Of a stretch of DNA of 64,000 nucleotides, positions 49,205-61,340 are shown in pieces. Made by a program: the position numbers and the translations under genes. The DNA comes from Pleurocapsa sp. Lineage in GTDB: Bacteria; Cyanobacteriota; Cyanobacteriia; Cyanobacteriales; Xenococcaceae. Location of the stretch: NCBI GenBank assembly GCA_050330395.1, contig JBHJNW010000088.1, positions 5,787 through 69,786 on the forward strand. Direction: 5' to 3'. The notes below the pieces were generated by a model. The model searched no databases, had not been told where the DNA came from, and saw only the letters and a program-made list of their open reading frames with translations. Position 1 is the first letter of the stretch. Each line of letters opens with the position of its first letter.

Positions 49205-50851
49205 ATGAGTAATCATCGATTTTCCTGCCTTTGGCAACGACCAGAAAAAATCAGCAGATATCTATGCCTGTTTTTAATTTGCTTGTTTTTGGCTATAGGG
49301 TGTAACAACAGTCGAACTACCGAAAATATTAATAATGTTGACAGCAATCGAATTTCTTTTGGCACAACCTTAAAACCTCGTACTCTCGATCCAGCAGATA
49401 ACTACGAGCTAGCCGGATTGAATATTATTTATAATGTGGCAGAAAGTCTCTACACCTATGAAGTAGGAACAACAGAAATTAAGCCACTGTTGGCAACCGC
49501 CATTCCAGAAATTAGTGAGGATGGTTTAAGCTATACAATTCCCTTGAGAGAAGGAGTTACTTTCCATGATGGTGCTGTTTTCGATGCCAAGGCAATGGAA
49601 TTTTCTATCAAACGTTTTATAGAAAACGGCGGTAAACCCGCTTTTTTGTTAGGAGATGTAATTGAGACTGTAGAAGCGATCGCCGAATATCAACTGAAGA
49701 TTAGTCTTAAGCAGCCTTTTGCTGCTTTTCCTGCTTTATTAGCCTTTCCTGGTGCTTGTGCGCTATCCCCGCAAGCTTACAAAATTGGTTCAGGAGAATT
49801 TAATCCTAATAACTTAGTTGGTACGGGAAAATATAAGCTAAATCAGTTTAATAGCGACTCAATTAGTCTTGATGCTAATAATAACTATTGGGGCGAAAAA
49901 CCAGCTAATCAAGGGATAAATATGCAGATTTATGCAGGAAATTCGGCTAATCTATTTAATAGTTTCAAAACTGGGGCAGTAGATGTAGCTTATCAGTCAC
50001 TTGACCCGCAACAGATTGAAAGCTTACTTAACAGCAAAGACGATATACAAGTAACTGAAGGTTCAGGAACTGTAGTTAATTATTTGGTGTTAAATCTACA
50101 GCAAGAACCCCTAAATCAGCCAGAGATTCGTCAGGCGATCGCCGCTATTATAGATCGTGCTTTAATCAATGAGAGAGTATTAAAAGGACAGGCTGAACCT
50201 ATTTATAGTCTACTTCCTACTGCATTTGATATTTACCGACCCACATTTGCAGAGTTGTATGGTGAAGTTAATACAGACAGAGCCACAGAATTGCTAACCA
50301 AAGCAGGTTATTCAGTGGAAAATCCAGCTATTATTGAAATTTGGCATCCCTCTGGCTCGATCACACGAGGTATTGTGGCTGATACCATCAAAGCCTACGC
50401 CGAACAAGAGTTAGGTGGGATCATTCAGTTTGTGCCTAACAGTATCGAATCAGCTTCGTTCTTTAGCAATTTGAGTCAGGGAGTATATCCTGCTGCTTTA
50501 GTAGACTGGTATCCTGATTTTCTTGATCCTGATAATTATCTGCAACCTTTCTTGAGCTGTAGTCAGGGTTCTCCTAATGTCGGTTGCGAAGAAGGTGCTG
50601 CCCAGAGTCGTGGTTCATTTTATTATAGCGATCGCGCTAATCAATTAATCGAGCAATCCCGAGAAGAACAAGACTCTACTAAACGTCAGGCTATCTTAGT
50701 GGAACTGCAAAAACTTTTAGCGCAAGATGTTCCTTATATTCCTCTGTGGCAAACCAAAGACTATGCTTTTGCTCAAAATAATATCAATGGTGTAGTAATC
50801 AATCCTAGCCAAACCTTCCCCTTCTGGACAATCAAAAAAGTTTCTAGCTGA
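49205..50851 (+). CDS. ABC-transporter substrate-binding lipoprotein, family 5 (peptide/nickel type)
   Basis: Lipobox LAIGC after a signal sequence. Length and motif spacing are typical of DppA/OppA/NikA-type SBPs. The ATG at 49205 is preferred. Confidence 0.75.
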   Translation: MSNHRFSCLWQRPEKISRYLCLFLICLFLAIGCNNSRTTENINNVDSNRISFGTTLKPRTLDPADNYELAGLNIIYNVAESLYTYEVGTTEIKPLLATAIPEISEDGLSYTIPLREGVTFHDGAVFDAKAMEFSIKRFIENGGKPAFLLGDVIETVEAIAEYQLKISLKQPFAAFPALLAFPGACALSPQAYKIGSGEFNPNNLVGTGKYKLNQFNSDSISLDANNNYWGEKPANQGINMQIYAGNSANLFNSFKTGAVDVAYQSLDPQQIESLLNSKDDIQVTEGSGTVVNYLVLNLQQEPLNQPEIRQAIAAIIDRALINERVLKGQAEPIYSLLPTAFDIYRPTFAELYGEVNTDRATELLTKAGYSVENPAIIEIWHPSGSITRGIVADTIKAYAEQELGGIIQFVPNSIESASFFSNLSQGVYPAALVDWYPDFLDPDNYLQPFLSCSQGSPNVGCEEGAAQSRGSFYYSDRANQLIEQSREEQDSTKRQAILVELQKLLAQDVPYIPLWQTKDYAFAQNNINGVVINPSQTFPFWTIKKVSS

Positions 50852-50864
50852 TTAGAACAAAGAT

Positions 50865-51872
50865 ATGAAGCTGATTATTCAAATTCCCTGCTATAACGAG
50901 GAAGCAACTCTTGGGCTAACTTTGTCTGAGCTACCTCGCCAGTTAACAGGTATAGACAAAGTAGAATGGCTAATTATTAATGATGGTAGTCGCGATCGCA
51001 CTTTAGAAGTAGCGCAGGCTTGTGGAGTGGATCATATTGTCGATTTACAGTCTAATCAAGGTCTGGCAAGAGGCTTTATGGCTGGGATCGAAGCCTGTCT
51101 CAAAGCGGGAGCAGATATTATTGTTAATACCGATGCCGATAATCAATATTGTGCAGCAGATATTCCTAAATTGATCGCACCGATCCTCGAAGGTAATGCG
51201 GAAATAGTCATTGGTGCTAGACCAATCCCCGATATTCCTCATTTTTCTCCAATCAAGAAGCTGCTGCAAAAGCTAGGTAGTTCTGTGGTTCGTCTGGCTA
51301 GCAAGACCAATATTCCTGATGCTCCCAGTGGTTTTCGGGCAATGAGTCGAGAAGCTGCTTTAAGGCTCAACGTTTTTAATGAATACACTTATACCTTAGA
51401 AACAATTATTCAAGCTGGTCAAAGGGGTTTGGTAGTTACCTCAGTACCGATTCGCATTAATGGTTATCTACGTCCTTCTAGGTTAGTCAAAAGCATTACC
51501 GCCTACATCCAGCATTCTATTGTCACCATTGTGCGGATCTTTATGACCTATCGTCCGCTTCAGTTTTTTATGATGCTGGGTAGTGTGCCTTTTGGCTTCG
51601 GCTTTCTACTTTGTTGTCGTTGGCTGCTGCTTTTTTGGGGCATTATTGGCGATAATCCCGCCAAGCCGCGTGTTCCCAGTTTGATTCTAGCTGCAATGTT
51701 AATTATCATTGGAGTTCAGCTTTGGCTCTTTGGTCTAATTGCCGATTTGATGGGCGTAAATCGCCAGTTACTTGAAGACATTCAGTTGCGATTAAGACGC
51801 AAAGAGTTTGAATCTAATCATAGTAAAAAAAGCAGTAAAAAAAGCGATCGCCAAAAAGATACTGTCTATTAA
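50865..51872 (+). CDS. Family 2 glycosyltransferase with C-terminal TM helices (polyprenyl-phosphate sugar transferase-like)
   Basis: N-terminal IIQIPCYNEE, NDGSRD and the DAD motif (NTDADNQ), with two C-terminal TM helices. Confidence 0.8.
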   Translation: MKLIIQIPCYNEEATLGLTLSELPRQLTGIDKVEWLIINDGSRDRTLEVAQACGVDHIVDLQSNQGLARGFMAGIEACLKAGADIIVNTDADNQYCAADIPKLIAPILEGNAEIVIGARPIPDIPHFSPIKKLLQKLGSSVVRLASKTNIPDAPSGFRAMSREAALRLNVFNEYTYTLETIIQAGQRGLVVTSVPIRINGYLRPSRLVKSITAYIQHSIVTIVRIFMTYRPLQFFMMLGSVPFGFGFLLCCRWLLLFWGIIGDNPAKPRVPSLILAAMLIIIGVQLWLFGLIADLMGVNRQLLEDIQLRLRRKEFESNHSKKSSKKSDRQKDTVY

Positions 51873-51876
51873 TTGA

Positions 51877-52665
51877 TTAACTTATTAGTTCGCTAATCAG
51901 CTTTAAATCTAGTTTTTCTAGGTTACTCAAAACAATTTCTGCACCAGCTTCCATCAGCTTTTGAGCGTAATCGGCTTGTTTTGCTTCTGAAGTTTGTAAA
52001 TGAGGAGGAAGAACTCCTACAGCAACCCAAGGACGTTCTGGTTTGATTTCTTGAGCTTTGATTACGGTATAGATATCTGCCACCGTATCTCCCAAATAAA
52101 ATACAGGAATGTTGCCAGGAGTGGTTTCAATTTGAGTCAAAACAGCAAACATTCCTGTGGGATCGGGCTTACTGGGGGCATCTTCCATGGCGATCAAAAC
52201 TGGTTTTTCTAGCTTCAAACGCTGTTTAAGTACAAATTCTGCCGAACCTCTGGTTGCACCACTAAAAAAGCCGTAACTAATTTGATTTTTATTTAGCTGC
52301 TCAAAATAGCTAGGAGATACCAGTAGAGGTTCATTAGCAATATACCCGTCAAAAAGCTCAGGGTGTTTGCCACGATAACGTTCTTGAAAAAAATCCACAA
52401 TGCGGTCATAATCTAGACCGACTGACTCACGAGTTTGCTCCATTGCTTCAAAATAACGATAAATTAGTTCTTGTGATGCTAACCAATCGTTGTTCCAAAT
52501 TCCCTCTGATTTGAGCTGATCCATGTCTTCCATCGTTGGTCGCCAAGCACCACCCGTAAACTTTTCTACGGTGTCAGCGATCGCCTTACGATAAGAATTT
52601 CCCACATCCCTAATCACGCCATCTATATCAAAAACAATAATTGCTATGGATTGATTTTTATTCAT
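51877..52665 (-). CDS. HAD-superfamily hydrolase
   Basis: Motif I FDIDGVIRDV, and a late GDTVAD acidic motif. Confidence 0.7.
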   Translation of the reverse strand: MNKNQSIAIIVFDIDGVIRDVGNSYRKAIADTVEKFTGGAWRPTMEDMDQLKSEGIWNNDWLASQELIYRYFEAMEQTRESVGLDYDRIVDFFQERYRGKHPELFDGYIANEPLLVSPSYFEQLNKNQISYGFFSGATRGSAEFVLKQRLKLEKPVLIAMEDAPSKPDPTGMFAVLTQIETTPGNIPVFYLGDTVADIYTVIKAQEIKPERPWVAVGVLPPHLQTSEAKQADYAQKLMEAGAEIVLSNLEKLDLKLISELIS

Positions 52666-52737
52666 GTTCGCTTTCTTGTATAATTATCCTTGGTTAATTA
52701 TGTAAAATATTCATTTAAATAATTATTGGAGGCTTAA

Positions 52738-53046
52738 TTGGAGTCAGAGGCAAGGTTTAAATTAAAAGTTTTGTGGTTAGACAAAAATGTAGCGATCGCC
52801 GTAGATCAGGTAGTAGGTAAAGGTACGAGTCCCCTGACGGCTTATTACTTCTGGCCTCGTAACGATGCTTGGCAACAGCTTAAAGAAGAATTAGAAGCTA
52901 AGCATTGGATTGAAGAAGCAGAAAGTATTGAAATCCTTAACCAAGCTACAGAAGTCATCAATTTTTGGACGGAAAGGGGCAAGACTACTCCGATGACTCA
53001 AGCTCAAACTAAGTTTCCTCATATTGTGTTTACTGGAACTAACTAA
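52738..53046 (+). CDS. ycf65: Plastid-specific-type 30S ribosomal protein 3 (PSRP-3 / Ycf65)
   Basis: 102 aa. [18 protein letters not shown]...[27 protein letters not shown] matches the Ycf65 pattern. The start codon is TTG. Confidence 0.75.
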   Translation: MESEARFKLKVLWLDKNVAIAVDQVVGKGTSPLTAYYFWPRNDAWQQLKEELEAKHWIEEAESIEILNQATEVINFWTERGKTTPMTQAQTKFPHIVFTGTN

Positions 53047-53122
53047 ATGCCAGGCAGAGAATGAAATTTTAAATTGAAGTTGCCAAATTTAAATTGCTCT
53101 TTTCTATAATATCAACCTACAG

Positions 53123-53160
53123 ATCAAAGGGCAGAACTAAATACTATTCTGCCCTTTGAT
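53123..53160. terminator. Bidirectional terminator hairpin between convergent ycf65 and atpC
   Basis: 14-bp perfect stem ATCAAAGGGCAGAA / TTCTGCCCTTTGAT with a 10-nt loop, followed by GTTGAAATTTT on the + strand. Confidence 0.7.
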
Positions 53161-53261
53161 GTTGAAATTTTGGCTCAGCTCAATCTAGGTACTATCGGGA
53201 CTTAAAATAATTGACAATTTTAGGTCGTCCTTTATTTCTCCTCTGGCAGTTTTTTAGCTAT

Positions 53262-53672
53262 TTAGACCATTCCACCTGAGGCTTGCAGGCGCGCTCTGGC
53301 TTTTCTCATTGAGTTTTCAGCTTGGATTTTCTCTTGACGATCTTCGCTCTTTTCAACTTTTTGAAATCTGGTTTGTGCCTCTTGATACTCGGTGCGAGCA
53401 GCATCTCGATCAATGTTATCACCTAGTTCTGCACCGTTGACTAAAATTTTGATCTCGTCATTTTCTACTTCGGCAAAACCACCCATCAAAGCGATCGTTT
53501 TCCACTCCTTGTTAGGACGCACGCGCATTACGCCTACCTCTAAAGCCGTCAACAGAGGCGCGTGACCAGAAAGAATTCCCAGTTGTCCAGTGGTGCTGGG
53601 TAGAATAATCTCTTCTACTTGATCATCCCAGACTGTCTTGTCGGGAGTAATTACTTTTACAGTTAATACCAT
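53262..53672 (-). CDS. atpC: F0F1 ATP synthase epsilon subunit
   Basis: 136 aa. [14 protein letters not shown]...[13 protein letters not shown] pattern, directly downstream of the beta subunit gene. Confidence 0.9.
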   Translation of the reverse strand: MVLTVKVITPDKTVWDDQVEEIILPSTTGQLGILSGHAPLLTALEVGVMRVRPNKEWKTIALMGGFAEVENDEIKILVNGAELGDNIDRDAARTEYQEAQTRFQKVEKSEDRQEKIQAENSMRKARARLQASGGMV

Positions 53673-53730
53673 TTCTTGTAGATATTTTATTTAATGAGTG
53701 ACTATTTAATCAGCTACTAGGCTTTGATTC

Positions 53731-53769
53731 ACAGTTATCAGCCAACTTTGATGAATAACTGATAACTGT
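53731..53769 (-). promoter_or_regulatory. Intercistronic hairpin between atpD and atpC
   Basis: 11-bp perfect inverted repeat ACAGTTATCAG / CTGATAACTGT with a 17-nt loop, in the 147-nt atpD-atpC spacer. The function (processing, stability or attenuation) is not determinable from sequence. Confidence 0.3.
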
Positions 53770-53819
53770 CCCCAAGGCGATCGCCGCCTCTACTAGTAAC
53801 TATCCACTGATTAACGATT

Positions 53820-55295
<1,476 letters not shown>

Positions 55296-55512
55296 TTAGC
55301 TGTTTTATATGGCAGGTAAAATCTTAAAAAAAGTGTAAAATTTTGCCATCTTTAAGATTATCATTGATCGATTCATCTGAAAACTCTCTTTTTGTCTGTG
55401 TTCAGGTAAATACTACCTAGTCGCTTAGCAAACAAGTCATTACTTAACCAAACCTAGAGTGCGATCGCCCGAAGAGCTTGCCTCAGTCTGGCAAAGCGAT
55501 CGCTCATCTGCT

Positions 55513-56013
55513 TCAATTAATAGATAAGACACCAAACTCTTGCAGTGCTGGAATAAAGTTTTTATTTTCATGACTGGGACGACTCAGTTTAATCACGGCA
55601 AAACGCTGGGCGGGGGTCAAGTTAGACCACTGCTTCACGGATAGATTGACTTGGCATTCTTTGGCTTTTTCGACGACGCTGCTGGGAATATCTGTTTCGT
55701 TTAGCCACGGTGGATGAGGATTAATCGCTAATTCTTGAGCAGGTTGACCAGTTTTAGCCACAATCAAATTTTGCAGGAATTGACGATAAATTTGGCTTTC
55801 TGCTTGATTAGTACAGGGCATATCTACCAGTGCTTGGCGTTCTATTTGGCTCAATTGATTCCAGTGTGACAATTTCAGTTTAACACCGCAGTTATCTAGC
55901 TTCATTCTTACCTGCATTGGAATGCACTGGAGAGAGCCAACAAAATCTGCTTCAAATTGAAAATAGTTAGTAGATGGAGAGTTATGTGACTTGGGTTGTA
56001 AGTTTGACATCAA
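55513..56013 (-). CDS. Conserved cyanobacterial protein resembling the 'nitrate reductase associated protein' family
   Basis: 166 aa. FQFEADFVGSLQCIPMQVRMKLDNCGVKLKLSHWNQ matches my recollection of that family. This was not verified by search. Confidence 0.45.
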   Translation of the reverse strand: MMSNLQPKSHNSPSTNYFQFEADFVGSLQCIPMQVRMKLDNCGVKLKLSHWNQLSQIERQALVDMPCTNQAESQIYRQFLQNLIVAKTGQPAQELAINPHPPWLNETDIPSSVVEKAKECQVNLSVKQWSNLTPAQRFAVIKLSRPSHENKNFIPALQEFGVLSIN

Positions 56014-56274
56014 TTTCTACCTTGTCAGATTGATCTATTTCTGGATTCTGGAGTTAAAAATTAAATTGTCAGCAATCCCAATAACTACATTTGATTAAAT
56101 CTTGGGACATTGAGTGGACGAATTTACTAGGTTTAGCTTGCCAAAATTTAAATAGTTAGTAGGATCGACAGTAATGTGCTGCGTCTTTGGTAATTAAATA
56201 TTAAACTGCTCAGTATTCTCATTGCAGTAAGCTCAGACAATTTTTTCAAATGTTATATTTTTATTGCTAATAAA

Positions 56275-57585
56275 GTGATTAAACTTCGCTCTCAATCTAG
56301 AAAACCAAGTACAAGTACTTCAAAACTTAAGCTGACACACATCGCTCAACAAGCATTGTTCTTACTCTCCTCCTGGAGAAAGCTAGACTGGCTATTACTG
56401 ATGCTGATCATTGGGTTGACCGCGTTTGGAGGATTGACTATTTACAGTACCGAACTTCCTGGAGAACATAGTTATAGCTATCAACATTGGCTCATTAGCG
56501 TACTGGGTTTGGCAATAGTTTTAGTTTTTTCTCGTTGGCATTATCAACTATTATTGCGTTGGCATTGGGTAATATATGCTTTGACCAATATATCTTTGAT
56601 CGCAGTAATGGCAACAGGGGTTGCGGCTAAAGGAGCGCAACGCTGGATTAATATTGCGGGTTTTAACGTTCAGCCTTCAGAGTTTGCCAAAATCGCCATG
56701 GTTATTACCTTGGCAGCCTTACTGCATAATCAAGATGGAGCAGATTTAAAAACAGTGGTTAGAACCTTGACAATTACAGCTATTCCCTGGGGTTTAGTAT
56801 TTTTACAACCTGATTTAGGTACTTCTTTGGTTTTTGGAGCAATCGTAATCGCTATGCTGTATTGGGCAAATGTTAATACGGGATGGCTAATATTAATGAT
56901 TTCTCCGTTGGTTTCTGCCATTCTATATCATATCTATCTTCCAGGCTGGCTGTTGTGGGTTCTGATCGTGGCGGGAATAGCTTGGCTAACTTTGCCTAGT
57001 AAAGTTGTTTCCACTCTTAGCGCCATAACGATTAACTTAGGTGCAGTAGAATTAGGAAATTTTTTCTGGAACTTGCTTAAGGACTATCAAAAAGCACGAT
57101 TAATTATGTTTCTTGATCCAGAACAAGACCCTTTAGGCGGTGGATATCATTTAATTCAATCGCGAATTGCCATTGGTGCGGGTAAACTTTGGGGACAGGG
57201 ATGGCATCAAGGCACTCAAACTCAGCTTAATTTTATTCCCGAACAGCATACGGACTTTATTTTTTCGGCGGTGGGAGAAGAGTTCGGTTTTTTAGGCTGT
57301 ATTATTTTGTTATCAGTATTTTGGTTGATTTGTATCCGTTTGATTTGGATTGCCTCTACTGCAAAAGATAACTTTGGCTCTTTGTTAGCGATTGGCATCT
57401 TAACAATAATTGTGTTTCAAATCGTGATTAACATCAGTATGACCATAGGATTAGCACCAATTACGGGAATTCCTTTGCCTTGGATGAGTTACGGGCGTTC
57501 TGCCTTGTTGTCTAACTTTATTGGTATTGGCTTAGTAGAATCTGTGGCTAATTATCGCGAACAAAAAACTAGAAACACTTATTAA
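56275..57585 (+). CDS. SEDS-family peptidoglycan glycosyltransferase (FtsW/RodA)
   Basis: 436 aa with about 10 TM helices. Conserved QPSEFAK, LQPDLGT and PEQHTDFIF motifs. The start codon is GTG. Confidence 0.85.
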   Translation: MIKLRSQSRKPSTSTSKLKLTHIAQQALFLLSSWRKLDWLLLMLIIGLTAFGGLTIYSTELPGEHSYSYQHWLISVLGLAIVLVFSRWHYQLLLRWHWVIYALTNISLIAVMATGVAAKGAQRWINIAGFNVQPSEFAKIAMVITLAALLHNQDGADLKTVVRTLTITAIPWGLVFLQPDLGTSLVFGAIVIAMLYWANVNTGWLILMISPLVSAILYHIYLPGWLLWVLIVAGIAWLTLPSKVVSTLSAITINLGAVELGNFFWNLLKDYQKARLIMFLDPEQDPLGGGYHLIQSRIAIGAGKLWGQGWHQGTQTQLNFIPEQHTDFIFSAVGEEFGFLGCIILLSVFWLICIRLIWIASTAKDNFGSLLAIGILTIIVFQIVINISMTIGLAPITGIPLPWMSYGRSALLSNFIGIGLVESVANYREQKTRNTY

Positions 57586-57724
57586 ACTTCACCATGGCTG
57601 GCTTAAATATATGACTGACAATTAATTGTTTATTGATATTGTAAAGATCAAGAACTAATTGAGTAAGGGCAAAATATCAAGATAAATACTACTAGTTGCT
57701 GAATAATTTTATTAGTCTAGTTGT

Positions 57725-58531
57725 CTATCCATAAGATTCAATTTTTTCTTTGCCATCTGGCATAGAAGGGATGAATTTTTTTAATCCCAAATATTGCTGT
57801 AGGATATTCCAAAGATAAAGTGGATTGAGAATCGCATAACGCTGCCAGAGTCTTTTTGGCTCTTGAACCAAACGAAACAACCATTCTAAGCCAGCGTTTT
57901 GCATCCATTTAGGAGCTTGAGGTAATGTTCCAGCATGAAAATCAAAAGCCGCCCCGACCGCTAATACTGGTATATTCAGCAAATTGCGATACTCATAAGC
58001 CCAAGTTTCTTGTCTAGGACAACCTAAGCCCAGAAAGACCGCACTAGCTCCAGAGTTTTTGATTCGTTCAACTAACTGTATACGCTCGGAGTCAGAAAGC
58101 CGTCTAAACTTAGATTCTTCCATTCCAGCAATTTTGAATCCAGGATAGAGTCGTTTGAGATTTTGAGCGAATTTTTCTAATGTTTCTCTTTTACTACCAT
58201 AAAGATAAACGCTTAATCTTTCTTTAGTTAGAGATTCCGCCACTCTGAGAGTTAGATTTGGTCCATAAACGCGGTCGGGTAGATGTTTTCTATATAACCA
58301 ACCCAGCGCCCATTTTACAGGCTGTCCATCTGGTACAACAAGATCTAGACCATTTAAGCGTCTGGCATGAGTAGTATCCAAGAATCCAGTCATCACACCA
58401 TGTACCGCCAAAGCACTGACAGAATAAGGTTTTCTTTTGATAGCCGCTGCGGTAATTGCCGAAACCGCAAAATCGTAATCAACAGCATTAATGTTGACAC
58501 CTAATATTGAATATTTTCCTAGATTAATCAT
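57725..58531 (-). CDS. WecB/TagA/CpsF family (GT26) glycosyltransferase
   Basis: 268 aa. [15 protein letters not shown] and LGLGCPRQE motifs typical of GT26. The start overlaps the upstream gene's stop (ATGA). Confidence 0.8.
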   Translation of the reverse strand: MINLGKYSILGVNINAVDYDFAVSAITAAAIKRKPYSVSALAVHGVMTGFLDTTHARRLNGLDLVVPDGQPVKWALGWLYRKHLPDRVYGPNLTLRVAESLTKERLSVYLYGSKRETLEKFAQNLKRLYPGFKIAGMEESKFRRLSDSERIQLVERIKNSGASAVFLGLGCPRQETWAYEYRNLLNIPVLAVGAAFDFHAGTLPQAPKWMQNAGLEWLFRLVQEPKRLWQRYAILNPLYLWNILQQYLGLKKFIPSMPDGKEKIESYG

Positions 58532-59595
58532 TTCTCATTCCATCTGGTTACACCACTTTCGTAAATTTCTGATAATATTTGGTTAATGTTATATTTAAGC
58601 GACCAGTCAGGATAATGAGACTTGAACTTTGATAAGTCGCTGATATACCAAATATGATCGCCACTACGATTATTATCGGTATAAGAATAATTTAATTCCC
58701 TGCCTGAAAGCTCTTGCGCCACTTCAATTGCTTCTAGCATCGAGCAGTTGCTTTCTCTGCCACCACCAATGTTATAAACCTCAGCTACACGAGGATTTTT
58801 ATAAAACTCGTAAAAGGCAGCGATTAAATCTGAAGAATGAATATTATCGCGGACTTGTTTACCTTTGTAGCCATAGATAGTGTATGGTTTACCAATAGCA
58901 GTGCATTTAACTAAGTAAGCTAAAAATCCATGAAGCTCGGTTCCTGAATGATTTGGTCCAGTTAAACAACCGCCTCTAAATGAGGCTGTTCGCATACCAA
59001 AGTAGCGTCCATATTCTTGAACTAGCACATCAGCAGCAACTTTGGAAGCTCCAAATAAAGAATGTTTACACTGATCAATACTCATGCTTTCTGGTATGCC
59101 TACGTGATATTCATGATCCGAATCTATTTCCCAGCGCTTTGCTAATTCTTGCAAAGGTAAAGAATTAGGAAGGTCTCCATATACTTTGTTAGTAGATGTA
59201 AAGATAAACACTGCATCAGGACAGTATTCACGGGTTGCTTGCAGAAGATTTAGCGTACCATTAGCGTTAACTGTAAAATCCGAAAAAGGATCTTTGGCAG
59301 CCCAGTCATGGGATGGTTGAGCTGCGGTATGAATAATTAAAGCAATATCGTTACCAAAACGTTGGAAAATCTCTTTAATTTCGTTGTAATCTCGTATGTC
59401 CACTTCACAGTGTTGATAATTAGCCAGTTCTTTTTCCAATCTTTGGCGGTTCCACTTAGTTGAAGCTTCTTCCCCGAAAAAAAACTTACGCATATCATTG
59501 TCAATGCCAACAACATCCATTCCCAAATTACCAAAAAATCTGACCGCTTCTGAGCCGATTAAACCAGCAGAACCAGTAATAATTGCTATACCCAT
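58528..59595 (-). CDS. NAD-dependent sugar-nucleotide epimerase/dehydratase (extended SDR)
   Basis: 355 aa. Rossmann [10 protein letters not shown], and catalytic YxxxK context (FGASKVAAD). Confidence 0.85.
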   Translation of the reverse strand: MGIAIITGSAGLIGSEAVRFFGNLGMDVVGIDNDMRKFFFGEEASTKWNRQRLEKELANYQHCEVDIRDYNEIKEIFQRFGNDIALIIHTAAQPSHDWAAKDPFSDFTVNANGTLNLLQATREYCPDAVFIFTSTNKVYGDLPNSLPLQELAKRWEIDSDHEYHVGIPESMSIDQCKHSLFGASKVAADVLVQEYGRYFGMRTASFRGGCLTGPNHSGTELHGFLAYLVKCTAIGKPYTIYGYKGKQVRDNIHSSDLIAAFYEFYKNPRVAEVYNIGGGRESNCSMLEAIEVAQELSGRELNYSYTDNNRSGDHIWYISDLSKFKSHYPDWSLKYNINQILSEIYESGVTRWNEK

Positions 59596-60049
59596 AATTT
59601 AATTCTTGTGGTGATTGTCTAATAAGTTCAAAGCGAAGCTCTCAGCCATGATTTCTGAGTTTCAATTTTACTGTATTTTTGTAAGTAATTACTACTCAGT
59701 ATATTCACTATTGATTTTTTGCCATAATACAATAAGCTCTTAATTATGTCGATAGCTGATCAGTAAAAATTCTGAATTTAAAACTTGGACAAAAAAGACA
59801 ATAAGGATATAATTTTTTGGTTTGAAAAAATATAAATATTTGATGTGCTGATATGTACTGAAAGTATGAAGTTTGTTTGAAGCAAAAATATTTATTTATC
59901 GAAAACTTGCTTCAAGGGAATACAAGATAATTATAATACGGTTGATTTTTTGCTAGTATTCAATATGTTTTGGGTAGTTCAGAGTTGATTAGTTGTTGCT
60001 AATCAAGTGTTTATAGATAATTTAAGATATTGTTAATCGCTCATAGTTT

Positions 60050-61231
60050 ATGCTTATTGGAATTATTGAAGTTAGCGAACCCAACCACTATTCAGCAGTC
60101 AACGGTTTACTCAAAACCTATGCCAACAATCAGAACAATAAAATAATTGTTTACACTCTGCCTTTGATCCAGAAAGCTCTAGAAGAAAATGGCTTACCAA
60201 ATAATTCTAGTTTAGTAGTCTTAGAACGAGGGCAATCTTTAAAAAAATTGCTCGATGATATTGAAAAAATTGCTTTTGAGCGGATACATATTTGTACTAT
60301 TTTTGACAATTATCTTGAGTTTTCGCAATTTAAACCTCAAACTAAAGAAATATTTTTACATATTCACCAATGCGAAGAATGGTATAACGATAACCTCAGT
60401 AGAGCTATGAATACTTTGGTTTTGAGTTTAAAGAATAAAGACCAAAATCGAGATTATTCGCGTATCCTAGCTCGTGCAGTCGTGGACTATCTAATTTATA
60501 AACCGATTAGGAAAAAAATGCTGGCTCAATATGAACAAAACTATCAGCTTAAGATTATTGTCCATAGTGAAGGGCAGAAAGAAGCTTTACTAAAGTATGC
60601 ATGCAAATCTCCAATCACGATATTTCCCTTTGCGATATATGAAGGGATGGAAGATCATTCTCAATCAAATGAGCTTCTGACAATTTGCATACCTGGAGTT
60701 ATTACTCAAGCTAAAAGAGATTATCTAGGATTATTTAAAGCTTTACAACAGAACTCTGAGACTTTAAGCGATCGCATTTATTTGCATCTTCTGGGATATG
60801 TCAATGAGCGAGAAAAAGCCGAAATAGGTACAGCTATTACTAAGCTGATTGATTCTGGTTATCAGGTTCATTACTACGATTCATTTGTTTACGGAGAAGA
60901 ATTTGATCGGGCGATCGCCAATTGCGATCTTTTGCTCAACAATCAATTTATCAGCCGAAATAGTACGGAAGTTTATGGCAAAACAAAAGAGTCTGGCATG
61001 ATCTTTAATATGCTTAGGGCAGCTAAACCAGGAATCTTACCAAAGGAATACAATGTTTCGGCGGAATTTCAAAACTCTACTTTATTTTTCGATAGCTATC
61101 CTCATTTAATCGCAATTATCCACCAAATTTTAGACGATTCTCAAAGATTAGAGCAGTTAAAGACATCTGCTCAAAAACTATCAGCAACTTATTCTCCCGA
61201 AAGTCTTTATCCCAGACTAGCGTCTGCCTAG
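60050..61231 (+). CDS. Hypothetical protein, possibly a GT-B-fold glycosyltransferase
   Basis: 393 aa. The C-terminal segment KESGMIFNMLRAAKPGILP resembles the GT1/GT4 E-x7-E region. The context is a sugar-modification cluster, and overall support is weak. Confidence 0.35.
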   Translation: MLIGIIEVSEPNHYSAVNGLLKTYANNQNNKIIVYTLPLIQKALEENGLPNNSSLVVLERGQSLKKLLDDIEKIAFERIHICTIFDNYLEFSQFKPQTKEIFLHIHQCEEWYNDNLSRAMNTLVLSLKNKDQNRDYSRILARAVVDYLIYKPIRKKMLAQYEQNYQLKIIVHSEGQKEALLKYACKSPITIFPFAIYEGMEDHSQSNELLTICIPGVITQAKRDYLGLFKALQQNSETLSDRIYLHLLGYVNEREKAEIGTAITKLIDSGYQVHYYDSFVYGEEFDRAIANCDLLLNNQFISRNSTEVYGKTKESGMIFNMLRAAKPGILPKEYNVSAEFQNSTLFFDSYPHLIAIIHQILDDSQRLEQLKTSAQKLSATYSPESLYPRLASA

Positions 61232-61265
61232 TCAACTACAACTCTGCTTGAGGTGGTCAAATCTG

Positions 61266-61318
61266 TAACATTCCGTGATCTCAAGCTTCTTTTGAAAACT
61301 TGAGATCACGGAATGTTA
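61266..61318. terminator. Bidirectional terminator between convergent genes
   Basis: 20-bp perfect stem TAACATTCCGTGATCTCAAG / CTTGAGATCACGGAATGTTA with a 13-nt loop (CTTCTTTTGAAAA). Confidence 0.75.
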
Positions 61319-61340
61319 AACCTGTTATGTTTTTGGGTTC

